Origin: an uncultured Pseudomonadota bacterium
GTDB lineage: Bacteria; Vulcanimicrobiota; Vulcanimicrobiia; Eremiobacterales; Eremiobacteraceae
Length of the DNA: 64,000 nucleotides
Direction of reading: 5' to 3'
Assembly: GCA_963736005.1 (NCBI GenBank)
Contig: CAVTNB010000001.1
Span: 1 to 64,000 of the forward strand
Under the pieces are notes generated by a model that was not told where the DNA came from, searched no databases, and saw only the letters and a list, made by a program, of their open reading frames with translations. Shown one piece after another: positions 1 through 10,837 of the stretch. The position numbers and the translations under genes are program-made. Position 1 is the first letter of the stretch; every line of letters starts with the position of its first letter.

Positions 1-749
1 GCTCTGTTTTCGCGGCCGAACGAACTGGAGCTGAGAATGTTTCAAATACATTTGTCTATCAATTCAAGAACCTCATGGCTCCGCTGCATGTGCGGCCAAT
101 GGCAACTTCGGGCGCCGTTATTTCAAGAACTGAGGGGCAAGTTTCTAGAAGTGAGCCGATTCGTGCCTTTGAGATCAACATCCCCATTGAGACGTCTGAA
201 GTTCGCGCTCAAATTGACCGAACATCGGACGAGTCCGCGGATCTAAACGTATATCTCTTCGAATGCGTAAGGCCAAAGCAGCCGCCAGAAATAGATCTCT
301 ACCAAGGATTGTGCAACGTTATAAGCAACGCTAATTCTCTCTCAGGCAACCCCATTGCCTCGACGAGATTTCCAATTCGCGGCTCATTCCCAGAAGTTGG
401 TAATCCTAGGCCCGGACGTTGGGTCATTGCTGTCGTTGCCGCAAAAGCGCCGCAGGAACCCGTAGCATTTTCAATCGAGTATGCTATCGTAAGTCGTCGC
501 TTTGGCATGCTAGAATCATCGTTTGACCAAAAGGGATTGATGTCAACCGGTGCCTCGTGGACGCAAAAGTTCGTCGACTATCGGTCTGCGGCCGCGCCGA
601 CGGGGTTCTCCGCTGCCATATTCCCGGAGGTGTTCGCCGACGAACCATTCACGTTTGTTCAAGCCAGGAACCAACCCTTGGGCTCAAGCAATGTCGTGGA
701 CCGCGCTTTCTTTCCAGTATGGTCCGGCATGGACATTCTTGGGCGATAG
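1..749 (+). CDS. C-terminal part of a probable S8 (subtilisin/TPPII-like) peptidase, PPC-like beta-sandwich region; 5' end outside window
   Basis: Frame is open from position 3 into the listed ORF at 75. ADLNVYLFEC...NPRPGRWVIAV resembles pre-peptidase C-terminal domains. The catalytic domain is not visible. Confidence 0.45.
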   Translation, partial: SVFAAERTGAENVSNTFVYQFKNLMAPLHVRPMATSGAVISRTEGQVSRSEPIRAFEINIPIETSEVRAQIDRTSDESADLNVYLFECVRPKQPPEIDLYQGLCNVISNANSLSGNPIASTRFPIRGSFPEVGNPRPGRWVIAVVAAKAPQEPVAFSIEYAIVSRRFGMLESSFDQKGLMSTGASWTQKFVDYRSAAAPTGFSAAIFPEVFADEPFTFVQARNQPLGSSNVVDRAFFPVWSGMDILGR

Positions 750-801
750 TGGTACCTGAGAGATATTTCGCATCTCACCTCTCCCAAGAACCTGCTTTAG
801 A

Positions 802-2500
802 GTGTCCTTCATTATAACGGCCATTGCGCTAAGTGGGTCAAGATTATATTTGACTAAACTAATCCGTTCGATGGCAATGGCCATCGTTATAATGGTCGCG
901 ATGCTCGCCACGCTCAGCTGCTCCGGAACCTCAGTCCGGCGCCCAACCAAGCCGCTTGTGATCCTCACGTTTACCGGGCTGGCTGGGGAGCCCGACTCTT
1001 TGAATCCACTCGTCTCAGCAACAGGTTCCGACCTATATGACTTCAGCCATCTCTATCTTTCATACTTAGTCGACGTAGACGATCAGGGACATTTCGTCCC
1101 AGAGATCGCCATACGAGTACCAAGCACAGCGAATGGGGATATTTCACCTGACGGTTTGACGATAGTTTATCATCTGCGGCGCCGTGTTACGTGGCAAGAC
1201 GGTGTGCCTTTGACTGCTCGTGACGTGATCTTTACTTATCGAGCAATGATGAATCCAAAGAACAACGTTCCAAGTCGGCTTGGATACGACTACATCAAAA
1301 AAGTGGAGGCTTTAGATGCCTACACGGTTGTTGTCCGGCTTGCAAAGCCGTTCTCGCCTATCGTGGCATACTTCGAGGCTCCCCAGGCTCCGACAGCCAT
1401 TCTACCGGCACACTTGCTGGAACGTTATTCTGACCTCAACCACGTTCAATTTAATGTGCTGCCGGTCGGGTCGGGACCATTCCGTGTTGTAGAGTGGGAG
1501 CACGGAGACCACGTGACCCTAAAGGCAAATCCGTTGTATTGGCGTGGCAAACCAAAGATCGATGAAATCATTTATAAGGTTATTCCTAACCACAACACTC
1601 AGGTTGAACAACTGCGAACGCATGAGGTCGACGCGTATTTTGGTGTCGATCCCCAATTGCTTCCGCAAGTCCGCTCGATTCGTGGTCTTACGCTCAAACT
1701 GACGCCCATCACTGACTTTCATGACCTGCACTTTAATCTCCGTGATTCGATGGTTAGTGACGTCCGAGTACGGCAGGCAATCGCACACGCAATCGATCGT
1801 CCGCGGCTTGTTGAGGTCGCAACTCATGGAGCCGGCATTCCAACAGATAGTGATCAGCCGCTGCTCAGTTGGGCTTATGATTCCAAATTGCCACATATAA
1901 GTTATGACCCGAGCAAAGCTCGGCGAATATTAGATGCGGCGGGTTGGCGTGTTGGCACTGATGGCATCCGGTCAATGAATGGCCAGCGGTTGACGTTGCA
2001 ACTCGCGATTACCCCTACGGGTGTCGGAGGCTCACGCCTTGTTGCGACCGTCATCCAGGGAGATCTTCATACAATTGGGATTGAGGTCACAATCAAGGAG
2101 TATGCGCCTGGTCTAATGTGGGCGACGGCTCAAGGCGGGGGTGTGCTCGCGTCTGGGCGATATCAAATGGCGTACGATGCCTGGTGGTTATTACGGACCG
2201 GATCCGGATGACTCTTGGAACTTCGGATGTGATCAGTTTCCGCCAGCTGGCCAGAATTGGTACTTTTGGTGTAATAAACGTGCGGATGCAGCAATGCACG
2301 ATGCGCTTTCAACATTCGTCCTAAGCAGGCGCGCGCGAGACTACAGAATCGTGCAAACAGAGCTGGTCTGTGATCTGCCGATGCTTCCGCTCTGGCAGGT
2401 TAAGCGGCCCGACGCCTACATCAATCAATTGAGGGGAGTATCACCATCTCCGGCTGGTTCGACCTTTTGGAATGCTTGGGCGTGGAAGATTCAGCCATGA
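802..2500 (+). CDS. Peptide/nickel ABC transporter substrate-binding lipoprotein (family 5), one frameshift near 2190
   Basis: Lipobox TLSC; motifs EPDSLNP, WQDGVPLTARDV, PVGSGPF. ORF 802-2211 continues in ORF 2141-2500 (GPDPDDSW...GQNWYFWCN) after one extra base in TTATTA-C-GGACCG. Confidence 0.85.
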
Positions 2501-2566
2501 TGCGTCGGCCTGGGCTTTTGGCCTCAGCCGCCGGCTTGAAGGAGACTTAGCTCGACCGTTGATGAG

Positions 2567-2588
2567 TTAGTGTGCACTTAGTGTGCAC
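2567..2588. repeat. Tandem 11-mer TTAGTGTGCAC x2, candidate integrase arm-type sites
   Basis: Exact tandem repeat 12 bp from the tRNA-Val 3' fragment. Confidence 0.5.
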
Positions 2589-2600
2589 CTGGCCTGCAAA

Positions 2601-2646
2601 TGGTGGGCGCGAGAGGTCTCGAACCTCTGACCTCTACAGTGTCAAT
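2601..2646 (-). repeat. att site: exact copy of the 3' half of tRNA-Val(GAC), from the anticodon loop to CCA
   Basis: TGGTGGGCGCGAGAGGTCTCGAACCTCTGACCTCTACAGTGTCAAT is identical to 19912-19957. Confidence 0.95.
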
Positions 2647-2827
2647 TTGGTTTGTTGATTGTCCATGAATGTCGAGGGCCGTCTACGAACGTCCATTTCA
2701 CGAGCAATCGCGTAAGGTTTCGAGTCTGCTTTCCGCAAGATGCTTATGGGTGAACTCGACGAGTTGGCTACTCCAGATCAGGTCGAGGCCATTACAGCTT
2801 AGGGAGTCGGCCGTCATTCTATTGTTG

Positions 2828-5140
2828 TTATCGATTCTGTTCTTGGAGTTTGCGCAATTCATGCCAGCGCTGATACTGCTCCACCTTTGAAGGATCTGGA
2901 TATTCATATCCCTGTAGCCAAAAACGAAACCAATCAACATCCCCTTGCTGCGAGACGAGCCGTTCCCAAGGTTTTTGAAGAACATGTACTCCGTCGGGCA
3001 GATAAATAAATTCAACTGGTTTATTCTGGGCTGATAGCCCAACGTACATCTCCCATTCGGCCAGTAAAAGGTCTGGCCCCATGGCGACAATGCGCAGCGG
3101 TGTTCGAATTTTGTCAAGATTAAAGCCTGGTGACCGCTCCACCCATTGTTTCAGTGTAGCCCCAAACGGAAGACCACCGTAGAGGTTTTTGTAGAATACG
3201 AACACGTTGCTACTGTAATTGCCTGCGATGAAGTCAAAGTAACCCTCCGCCGATCCATCTGCGATTGAAGCCGCCGCAAAGCGGTATTTGGAAGTGGTAA
3301 GAAGCCACGCTACGAATTGCCCGGTCCGGCTAAACCCGATGATGCCAACGCGATTTCGATCGATGAGACCACGGTGATCTAAATAATCAATCGCGCCCTC
3401 ATACATGGAAACTTCTCGAACTGTCTCTTGTATCGTGTCGAAATCGGCGAAATTTTCATCGGCCTGAAGCACCATGATGCCCGTTCCGGCAAGTGGCTGT
3501 GCTGCAAATGCTGTGGTAAACGGCCCGTCGATCCAAAACTCATTCGGATTCCAGCCATGTGTTTGAATAACGAGAGGGTATCGCTTTCCCGCTACGTATC
3601 CAAGAGGGTAGTAGAGTCCGCCTCGCGCGTTGTTCCCGTCCGATCCCTTCCAATACACCTGTTCAACGTGCGCAAATGCGAGTCGATCGAATTGAGGATT
3701 GAGATTATAGAGTAAACTTCGGCGTTTATGGCTGGGGTCGGCGGCGATAATCTCGGGGGGCGAGTTCATGCTCTGCACTTCGATAATTTGTAGTGAACCG
3801 TTATCGGCCCCATGCTCTCGGGATACGAATTTCCATTTTTCGCCGATGCGGCGAAACATTATCCTGGTGGTCTCTCCACCATCGGCAGCTCTCACTCGTA
3901 GGAATAAAATTGTGCCATTTGCAGACATTTGCAACTCGCGGAGACTGATCGAGTCAAGCTCGGATGCGCCTTTTGATGTGAACAAACGACTCTCATCAGC
4001 GATCGTATTGATTGACAAATCCGCAAGCCGCACTTCGCATACGAACGTTGAACCCCGTGCAGCCGCGAGCTCAGGGCCCTGCGACCTCTGTAGCGGAAGA
4101 TAAACCCCAGCGAGAACTAGTGAACTACTGTCGGGAGACCAAACAACAGCAGGAATGTTGACGAAAATTGGAGTGTTGAGGAGCACGCGGTCAGAGCCTG
4201 TACGTAGATCTATTAGTTCGTACCTATTAAAAAGCGAATAACCATCGGTTGTCGTGCGCAGTGACTGGTGAATCAATGGATCCGCGTAGTCACCCCAATC
4301 CGCAGGGACACGCTTAACGCGAGTCATCACCAAGATGTATCTGCCGTTTGGCGACACGTAGGGCGTCGGTCCCCAAAAAGGGATTGGGTTTAATGTCGTA
4401 AGGTGACGATCGCGTCCGGCATTAGATACAAAAAGAGCATTCCCCCTCGTGTCTGTTGGATTTATGCCATTGCTGTAACTTCTTATCGCTCTGCGACCAG
4501 CGATAAGGTCCGGCAAGCTCTGCGTTGTCACCAGGACACCATTGCGTCGGGCGTAGTCATCGAATAGGTTCTCAGCGGGCTGCTCCGCTATATAAGCGAA
4601 AGTATTTCCATCTCCCGATATGGCGTATGACAGAAGGTTTCCCGGCGCTTGGCTTAGTCTTACGAGCTTGCGTTCGACTACATTGAAGCTATAAAGTTGA
4701 TGAGACCGGCCGGGGTTCTCCCCAAGAAATCTCAGTGTTTTGCTATCAGTTGCCCAGGCCACGCTCTCGATTGCATCTCGATTTGAAGACGATGCCATCG
4801 TCACAAGGACCAACGGGGCTGGGGGATTGGAGTTGAGAACTCGGTCCGATTGCCAAAGCAGAAGCGAATATTCGTTGTTATTTGTCGCCAGGTTTCCCCT
4901 CCGAATGACCACGACAAATTCTTTACCATTCGGTGAGAAATGAGCAATGCTCCCGGTTTCGGTAACATCGCTTATCCTCGTCATGCTGATTGCGTCAGCT
5001 ACTGTAACAGGACGCAAACCGCTTGCTGACACCATGCCAGGGCTACGTGCCGACGCAAACGCTAACAGCAAGCCCAAGAAGCCGAACCCAAGCCGAACGG
5101 CATATGTCCTCAACGTCAATTTTTTATCTTGTATGGTCAT
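2828..5140 (-). CDS. Secreted S9 prolyl-oligopeptidase-family protein, AtxE2-like lasso peptide isopeptidase type
   Basis: Signal peptide; beta-propeller with SPNG/WSPDS repeats; YPLVIQTHG; nucleophile elbow GIIGFSRTG; catalytic His in DGVHVL; C-terminal DWFRFWLQGYEYPDPSKVEQYQRW typical of AtxE2-like proteins. Confidence 0.75.
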   Translation of the reverse strand: MTIQDKKLTLRTYAVRLGFGFLGLLLAFASARSPGMVSASGLRPVTVADAISMTRISDVTETGSIAHFSPNGKEFVVVIRRGNLATNNNEYSLLLWQSDRVLNSNPPAPLVLVTMASSSNRDAIESVAWATDSKTLRFLGENPGRSHQLYSFNVVERKLVRLSQAPGNLLSYAISGDGNTFAYIAEQPAENLFDDYARRNGVLVTTQSLPDLIAGRRAIRSYSNGINPTDTRGNALFVSNAGRDRHLTTLNPIPFWGPTPYVSPNGRYILVMTRVKRVPADWGDYADPLIHQSLRTTTDGYSLFNRYELIDLRTGSDRVLLNTPIFVNIPAVVWSPDSSSLVLAGVYLPLQRSQGPELAAARGSTFVCEVRLADLSINTIADESRLFTSKGASELDSISLRELQMSANGTILFLRVRAADGGETTRIMFRRIGEKWKFVSREHGADNGSLQIIEVQSMNSPPEIIAADPSHKRRSLLYNLNPQFDRLAFAHVEQVYWKGSDGNNARGGLYYPLGYVAGKRYPLVIQTHGWNPNEFWIDGPFTTAFAAQPLAGTGIMVLQADENFADFDTIQETVREVSMYEGAIDYLDHRGLIDRNRVGIIGFSRTGQFVAWLLTTSKYRFAAASIADGSAEGYFDFIAGNYSSNVFVFYKNLYGGLPFGATLKQWVERSPGFNLDKIRTPLRIVAMGPDLLLAEWEMYVGLSAQNKPVEFIYLPDGVHVLQKPWERLVSQQGDVDWFRFWLQGYEYPDPSKVEQYQRWHELRKLQEQNR

Positions 5141-5289
5141 CGTCAGCTAATCAGGAGCTTGAACTTTTGGTTGGAACCGCGAAAGTCTTTGTAAGTCGTG
5201 GGCTAAGATCCACTGATGTAGAAAAATGAAATAGGTCACCGTCCCATAGCAACAAAGATTGTTATGAGACGTCTTTAAAAAAAGCCCAC

Positions 5290-7047
5290 ATGGCAAATTC
5301 GACCGAACGCTCCCGCCGCATGCGCGATCGCGCCCGTAGGTTCGGCCTGTGCATAAGCTGTTGCAAAAGGAAGCCACGAGCGAAACTCCGGGTTTGCCAA
5401 ACATGTAAAAAATCAATTAGCAAGTACAGAAAACGTCGCCAAGAGCGCAATGTCCAGCATAAATTATTGCAAGTTGTCCGTGCCGCGCATGAACGTGCCG
5501 GTGATGTGTTACGCGAGCACAATCTCTATGATGACGCAGCACAGCACTACTGGGACGCGCTCAGCTGCGGTCCTCTCGAGTCGGATGTACAGGCGCGCCT
5601 CACTGAGAAGTTAGCCGAAGCGCTTCCTTTAAGCGGCAATGCGCATGCAGCGGGCCCAGTCTTAGATGACATCCTAGCCACACGTTTGGATGGTGAACTG
5701 GACGCCGCAAAATCCGTGAAGCTTTTGCGAAAGCGAGCATATCAGCTTTGGGTCGAGGCGAGAACTAGCAGCGCTGTACCGCTCCTCGCGCGGGCGATAC
5801 ATATTGCTCAAGCCGCGGGCAATAACCAACTACTAAAAATTGCCAACTGCAAAATGGCAGACTATTTAATGACATTGGGTCGATACTGCGAGGCTCGATC
5901 GTTCTTTCAAGTGATCGCCCCTATGGATGGAGCTTCCGACGCAGACCTTAAAGCTACTTGGCATCTACTGCGCGGTATCTTTGGTGCAGCCTTCGGGGAT
6001 TCCCGAAAGGCCTGCAGCCATTTTGACGCCGCGGTAGTCTTAGCGAAAACGCAAGCCAATATCTTAAGTCTCATCAATTTCTGGCGCATCTACGGCTTCT
6101 GGGCAACCCAGCTGGGCGATATCAAGCGCGCAAAGGCGTGCTACGAGCGGGCGCTCCTCTCGGCTCGTCAGTACCATGTTGTCTCGCAAATTCCACTCGT
6201 GTGTCTAGACTACGCCGGTCTCCTCTCGCTGAGCGGTCAACATGGCTCAGCCCACAGTTACTTACTCGACGCCCTTTCATACGATGCAAACTCGCCACAA
6301 ATGGATTGTAGATTAGCAGCGACAGGAATACCGATCGCGATGCAACTGCAAGATGATGTTACACTTTCAAAATGTGCGCGACCGGAGGTGATCGATCTGG
6401 CGTTTCGGTCGGGACAGAAGGACCAGATTGCCTCTATCGCTGCGGCGTTTGCCCAATGGTATGACGCCTCCGGAAGCAAACGCGACGCTCAAATATTGCT
6501 CCATAAAGCTTCAGCGCTGTTGCGCGACACGGAAGCTCCGGAAAATGTTTGGACGTTTCCTATTGCTGTTGCACGTTACGGGTTGCAGGGCGATTTTGCA
6601 GTCGCCCGCCAACTCCTAGAAAAGCGCGCTTCCTTTCAGACCTCCAGTGTTGCCCGAGCTTGCTTGCACCTATTCGATGCGTTTGCTGCCGAGCGCGACG
6701 GACGAGGGCCAGAACGTCAAATGCGCGCTGCGGAAGCGCACGAACAATTCAAATCAATCGGCTGGTACGGCTACGCACAGCTGTCCACGGCATTGTTTGA
6801 CAAGAGCCGGGTTGTGACCGAGCTCGGTGCCGACCGTTGGTCATTCGAAGATTCCCCGGAGACACTAACCAGGCGCGAGCGTCAGGTGGCCGAACTCGTT
6901 CTTAGAGGCTTATCCAACCGTGAGATCGCCGTGACACTCTCGATAAAAGAGCGTACTGTAGAGACTCATATGACTGCAATTATGAGCCGTTTAGGGGTTC
7001 GCTCGCGACATCAACTAGCAGAACACCTTCCCGGTAGCTCTAACTAG
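5290..7047 (+). CDS. LuxR-family regulator with N-terminal C4 zinc-finger-like region, TPR-like helical region and C-terminal LuxR HTH
   Basis: CISC...CQTC at the N-terminus; LTRRERQVAELVLRGLSNREIAVTLSIKERTVETH at the C-terminus. Confidence 0.85.
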   Translation: MANSTERSRRMRDRARRFGLCISCCKRKPRAKLRVCQTCKKSISKYRKRRQERNVQHKLLQVVRAAHERAGDVLREHNLYDDAAQHYWDALSCGPLESDVQARLTEKLAEALPLSGNAHAAGPVLDDILATRLDGELDAAKSVKLLRKRAYQLWVEARTSSAVPLLARAIHIAQAAGNNQLLKIANCKMADYLMTLGRYCEARSFFQVIAPMDGASDADLKATWHLLRGIFGAAFGDSRKACSHFDAAVVLAKTQANILSLINFWRIYGFWATQLGDIKRAKACYERALLSARQYHVVSQIPLVCLDYAGLLSLSGQHGSAHSYLLDALSYDANSPQMDCRLAATGIPIAMQLQDDVTLSKCARPEVIDLAFRSGQKDQIASIAAAFAQWYDASGSKRDAQILLHKASALLRDTEAPENVWTFPIAVARYGLQGDFAVARQLLEKRASFQTSSVARACLHLFDAFAAERDGRGPERQMRAAEAHEQFKSIGWYGYAQLSTALFDKSRVVTELGADRWSFEDSPETLTRRERQVAELVLRGLSNREIAVTLSIKERTVETHMTAIMSRLGVRSRHQLAEHLPGSSN

Positions 7048-7384
7048 CTGCGGTTTCCACGATGCCTAGCACCCTTTCGGGTGCTAGATTCTGTTCAAGG
7101 GATGAGAGAGACCGTGCGGTTAGAGCAGACGACGGGCCGTCTGCAGCTAATATTGGAGGGCTCTGTATTTTGTTGCAGCTCTCTTGCGTGGTTTTGACGT
7201 TCAAAAGCGATCCGGTGGCAGGCCAGCCTTGGACCACAGGATTACTCCGGGACCAGTGCGAGGATGCACGTCGTGGAGCTGAGAGCTGGCTGACAATTTT
7301 CTGCTTATCGCGCTAAAAAAGTGAATCGTTAGCATTGTTAGAGCTCCGTACTAAACGAATGACGCCACCCCTTAGGGAGCAACA

Positions 7385-10243
7385 ATGATCTTGCGGCACC
7401 TAGCCCTTGCGGGGCGCAATAGTCTTAGGCTCACAGTTGGGTGGCAACGTTTCGCGCTGCTGTGCGTATCGCTCTGTATAATGCTGATTAGTGCTCCGTT
7501 GGGAAGGCCTGCGCTGGCTGAGATTACACCTGGCGTCCAACGCTCCGCGGCTCAGACTGCAAATATCACTGGCACTGTGCTTGATAACGCTGGGCGCCCT
7601 GTAGTAGGCGCGGACGTAGCATTATTGGGGCGAGGTACCAGATTCGCTACGAAAACAGGTGCGCAAGGAGCATTCATCTTTGTCGGCGTGCCTTTTGATA
7701 CCTATGAAATTGTCGCTACCGCGCCCGGCCTTGGCAAAGGGGTCCGATCCAACATCAATGTCAGCGGCGATATCGATATAGCGGTTCAGTTCGCTCCCGC
7801 AACCAACGGGCCTAAGACGCTCGCAGTGATATCTGTCAAGGCTGTTGGCGCGAAGATAAATGTAACGGCCGCGAGTGTCTATTCGGTGACGCCTAGCAGT
7901 TATGCGCTTCAAGGTAATCCATCATGGCGCGAGTTGCTCAATCAAGTCCCCGGCGTCACGGTTGGCGGTAACTACTATGGTGGCACCTCGTCAAACGTCA
8001 TAATACCCGACTCGCCATTTCAGCCTATCATCATTTCCATCAACGGCGCACTTCCCTATGAAACTTCTACCACATTCGATGGAATGCCGATTTCGAACTA
8101 TACATTTAGTTCGGCGCCTGGCGCTGGCATTGACCTCAGTTCTCTTCCTATGCCATTGTTCGAAACGGCGGATATCGTGCGCGGTCCCGGAGCAAACGCC
8201 CCGAGCATCGTAGATTCTGTCGGAGGGAGTTTCGTACTTCACCCGCCAGGTGCCGTGCAGAAGAACTCGTTTGAACTAGCGGCGAGCAACGACGCGTGGG
8301 GAGGTTACTTTTCGAATGCAAAGGCGATGTTGCGATTGGGAAGGTTATCAGCAACTGTCGTGTATGGATTTAACAACAGTCCTGGCCCCTACGGAAGTGG
8401 CCCAATATTTGGCTCGCTTGTGGGCCCTGCGACGATTGATGGAAAAGCAGTAGCGAGCGGTGGATTTATCCAGTTCGTGCCCAACCCTGACTATGTCGGC
8501 GGCAGTTGTTTCTGCATTGCCCAAACGACGATTCTAGCTAACGGCGGACTCCAAACAACTGCATGGACTCAACATCAGGGTGGCATCGGACTCGCCTATC
8601 AATTGTCCCCGACGATTACCGCGCAAACGTTTTATGCCGGTTCGCAGGCTGTCGCCGGTCAACCTTACCCCTTGGAGACAAACCTGTTTATACCAGGGGC
8701 CGGCTACACAGGACCAATTGGGGCAGGGGCCTATTCAGGACGGTTTGTCGACGCGACAGTAACGCCGTCATTGCAATCAGGCAGCTTGTTTGAGGAAAAG
8801 CTCACAGGATACTTAGGCAGTGGCGTCTTGAGAATTGCCGCCCTGCAAAACTATACGAATGCATCACAAAACATCAACAATCCATCTCCAAGCGACGTCC
8901 AAATGTATGGTACAGGGTCGTACTGCGACAACCCCCCATCTTGCACGACTACAACCCCGTTCGTATTCAATGGTCAAAGAGCGACGGTCACCTGGAGCCC
9001 ATTTTATTATCTGTTCGACAGCCGAACCACCAACAATGACGTGCTCGCCGACTATGAAACCCAAGTCGGTTCAAAACGTCAGCCGGTATATCCTTCGTCA
9101 AGTCTTTGAATGGCTTAACCTTTACTACGCATGAAGCGTTCGTTGTTGGGGGCACCACCTTCAACTTTCCAGGGGGAATACCGATCGTGACTCAAACCGT
9201 GAGAGAGTTGCGACTTTATGCCGAAACGCAACCGCTGCCCAAACTAACGCTAGATGCTTCGTACTACTTTGCTAACGGTGATTATCACATACAAAACCCT
9301 GCGGATCCTACAGGAAACACATGGATAGATTCACGTTTCCCGTATAGCGCGCCGCGGTTAGGCGCTACTTGGCGTGTGAATCAGGATTTCGTGATTCGCG
9401 GTGCAGCGGGTGGCGGTTTTGCTTTGCCGCCTCTCTTCGATCTCATTGGAACCAATAGTTCCCCGAGTTGCGGTGTTGGCTCGTGCACGGTCTCCTTGAC
9501 AAACACCAACCTGAAGCCAGAGACGTCATTCGGGTGGGACCTTGGAACGGACGTGCGCTTCCAGCGCAACACGATTCTCTCTGGCGACGTCTACCGAACG
9601 AATTTGTATGGTCAGCTTTTTCAGGCCGTCAACTTCGTGGGGCTCGATCCTGCGACTAAGCTTCCGACCTACGCGCAAGAGTATCTAAATCTCGCGCAAT
9701 CTCGATTCGAAGGAGTCAATCTTGCCGTTCGAGATGATGTATCGCATGGGTTGTATTGGAATGCCGGGCTCGGATTGACGCGAGGGTTTATTGTCAGCGT
9801 CCCTCCTGGCTTCTACAACGAGCCAGGCATGGTGTGCAATTTTGCAACTGGCAATGGGTGCGTAAATACATATGCAATTCCAGGATCGAATTTCAATGGG
9901 CAGTTCGAATCAACCGTGCCGTATGCAAACGGCAGTGGTGCGGTCGGGTTTCGATGGACCGAAAAGAAGTACTTGGAACTTCAGGCAAACTACTTCGGAA
10001 ATAACAATGCTTATTTCAACCGGCGTTCTTCGAATTCGACGCCAGCGGCGGCTATCCGGTGACGCCTGTTTTCTCTTTGATCGCAACACTTAGAAATATT
10101 ACCGGCATTCACGACCAGTCTTACCAGCTGTTTACGGTCAATCCCAACTTGCTAGCGCCATCGATTACCGGCCCAGTGTTTCCCCTATATCCATCCCGTA
10201 CGGACCTAGGACATTGGTGTTGACGTTGCACGCGCAAACATGA
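7385..10243 (+). CDS. TonB-dependent receptor with carboxypeptidase regulatory-like N-domain; frameshifts near 9075-9105, 10020 and 10190
   Basis: ITGTVLDNAGRPVVGA N-domain; plug region LNQVPGV...IVRGPGA; barrel motifs PRLGATW and NTNLKPETSFGWDLG. C-terminal IPYGPRTLVLTLHAQT* ends at 10243. Confidence 0.8.
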
Positions 10244-10581
10244 GTAGTCGTCCAGTCATGAACGACCGTTGGGAACCTGTCACACCAACTCAGCTGGGTA
10301 CTCTTGTGCAAATTCACGCACCATGAGTGATGCCCTGTGAGCGAGGCGTTGTGCAATTGTCTTTGACCGGCGATAAGACACGCTAAGTCTAGCTGAGACA
10401 TTGGCACGGGAGGCGCATTCCTGCGCCTGTCTTTTGTGCGTCGGCGCAAGATTTGGGGTTTGCCCGGGATTACCGATCGCACTGTCAAAAGATACACGCG
10501 CTTGGCGAGCGAATGCGATGTCCCAACCCTATGGGGACAACGCCTAATTCGAAACGGCGCAGACCGTGATGAAATAAAGGT

Positions 10582-10662
10582 CGGGCCGTAGCGAAGCCTG
10601 GTTATCGCGCCTGCCTGGGGGGCCGAAAAGTGGCCTCGCAGGAAAATCGGTCAGACCCCGAT
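10582..10662 (+). pseudogene. tRNA-Pro(GGG)-like 5' half with a rearranged or degenerate 3' part
   Basis: CGGGCCG-TA-GCGA AGCCTGGTTA TCGC-G-CCTGC CTGGGGG GC reads as acceptor 5' strand, D arm and anticodon arm. No 3' acceptor strand or CCA. Confidence 0.6.
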
Positions 10663-10671
10663 GGATAAAAG

Positions 10672-10710
10672 GGAAACGCCCGTCTTTCAAGGATCGGGCG
10701 TCTCTTTTTC
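10672..10710 (+). terminator. Intrinsic terminator after the tRNA-like element
   Basis: ACGCCCG/CGGGCGT stem followed by CTCTTTTTC. Confidence 0.6.
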
Positions 10711-10837
10711 GTTTCTGCGCACGTCCAGACATGTCCAGCAATTTTTAAGTCTATGGGGACAACAATGGGGACAACGCTTACCAGGAAGTTAATCTCGAGC
10801 CTTGCACGCAGAACGTCGATTCGTGCGAATGCGAAAG

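Larger units (their letters stand above)
10529..10777. repeat. Three ATGGGGACAAC copies (10531, 10753, 10765) flanking a tRNA-like core; candidate att/arm-site array
   Basis: Exact 11-mer repeats seen directly. Confidence 0.6.

Noticed and set aside
2141..2211. Programmed frameshifting in the SBP and the other split genes
   Set aside because: No slippery heptamer or consistent signal; scattered indels in unrelated genes point to sequencing error
10258..10326. 22-aa ORF MNDRWEPVTPTQLGTLVQIHAP after the TonB receptor, faintly like a lasso leader peptide
   Set aside because: No SD, no Thr at -2 and no Gly-started core with Asp/Glu in any nearby frame; not supportable as a precursor
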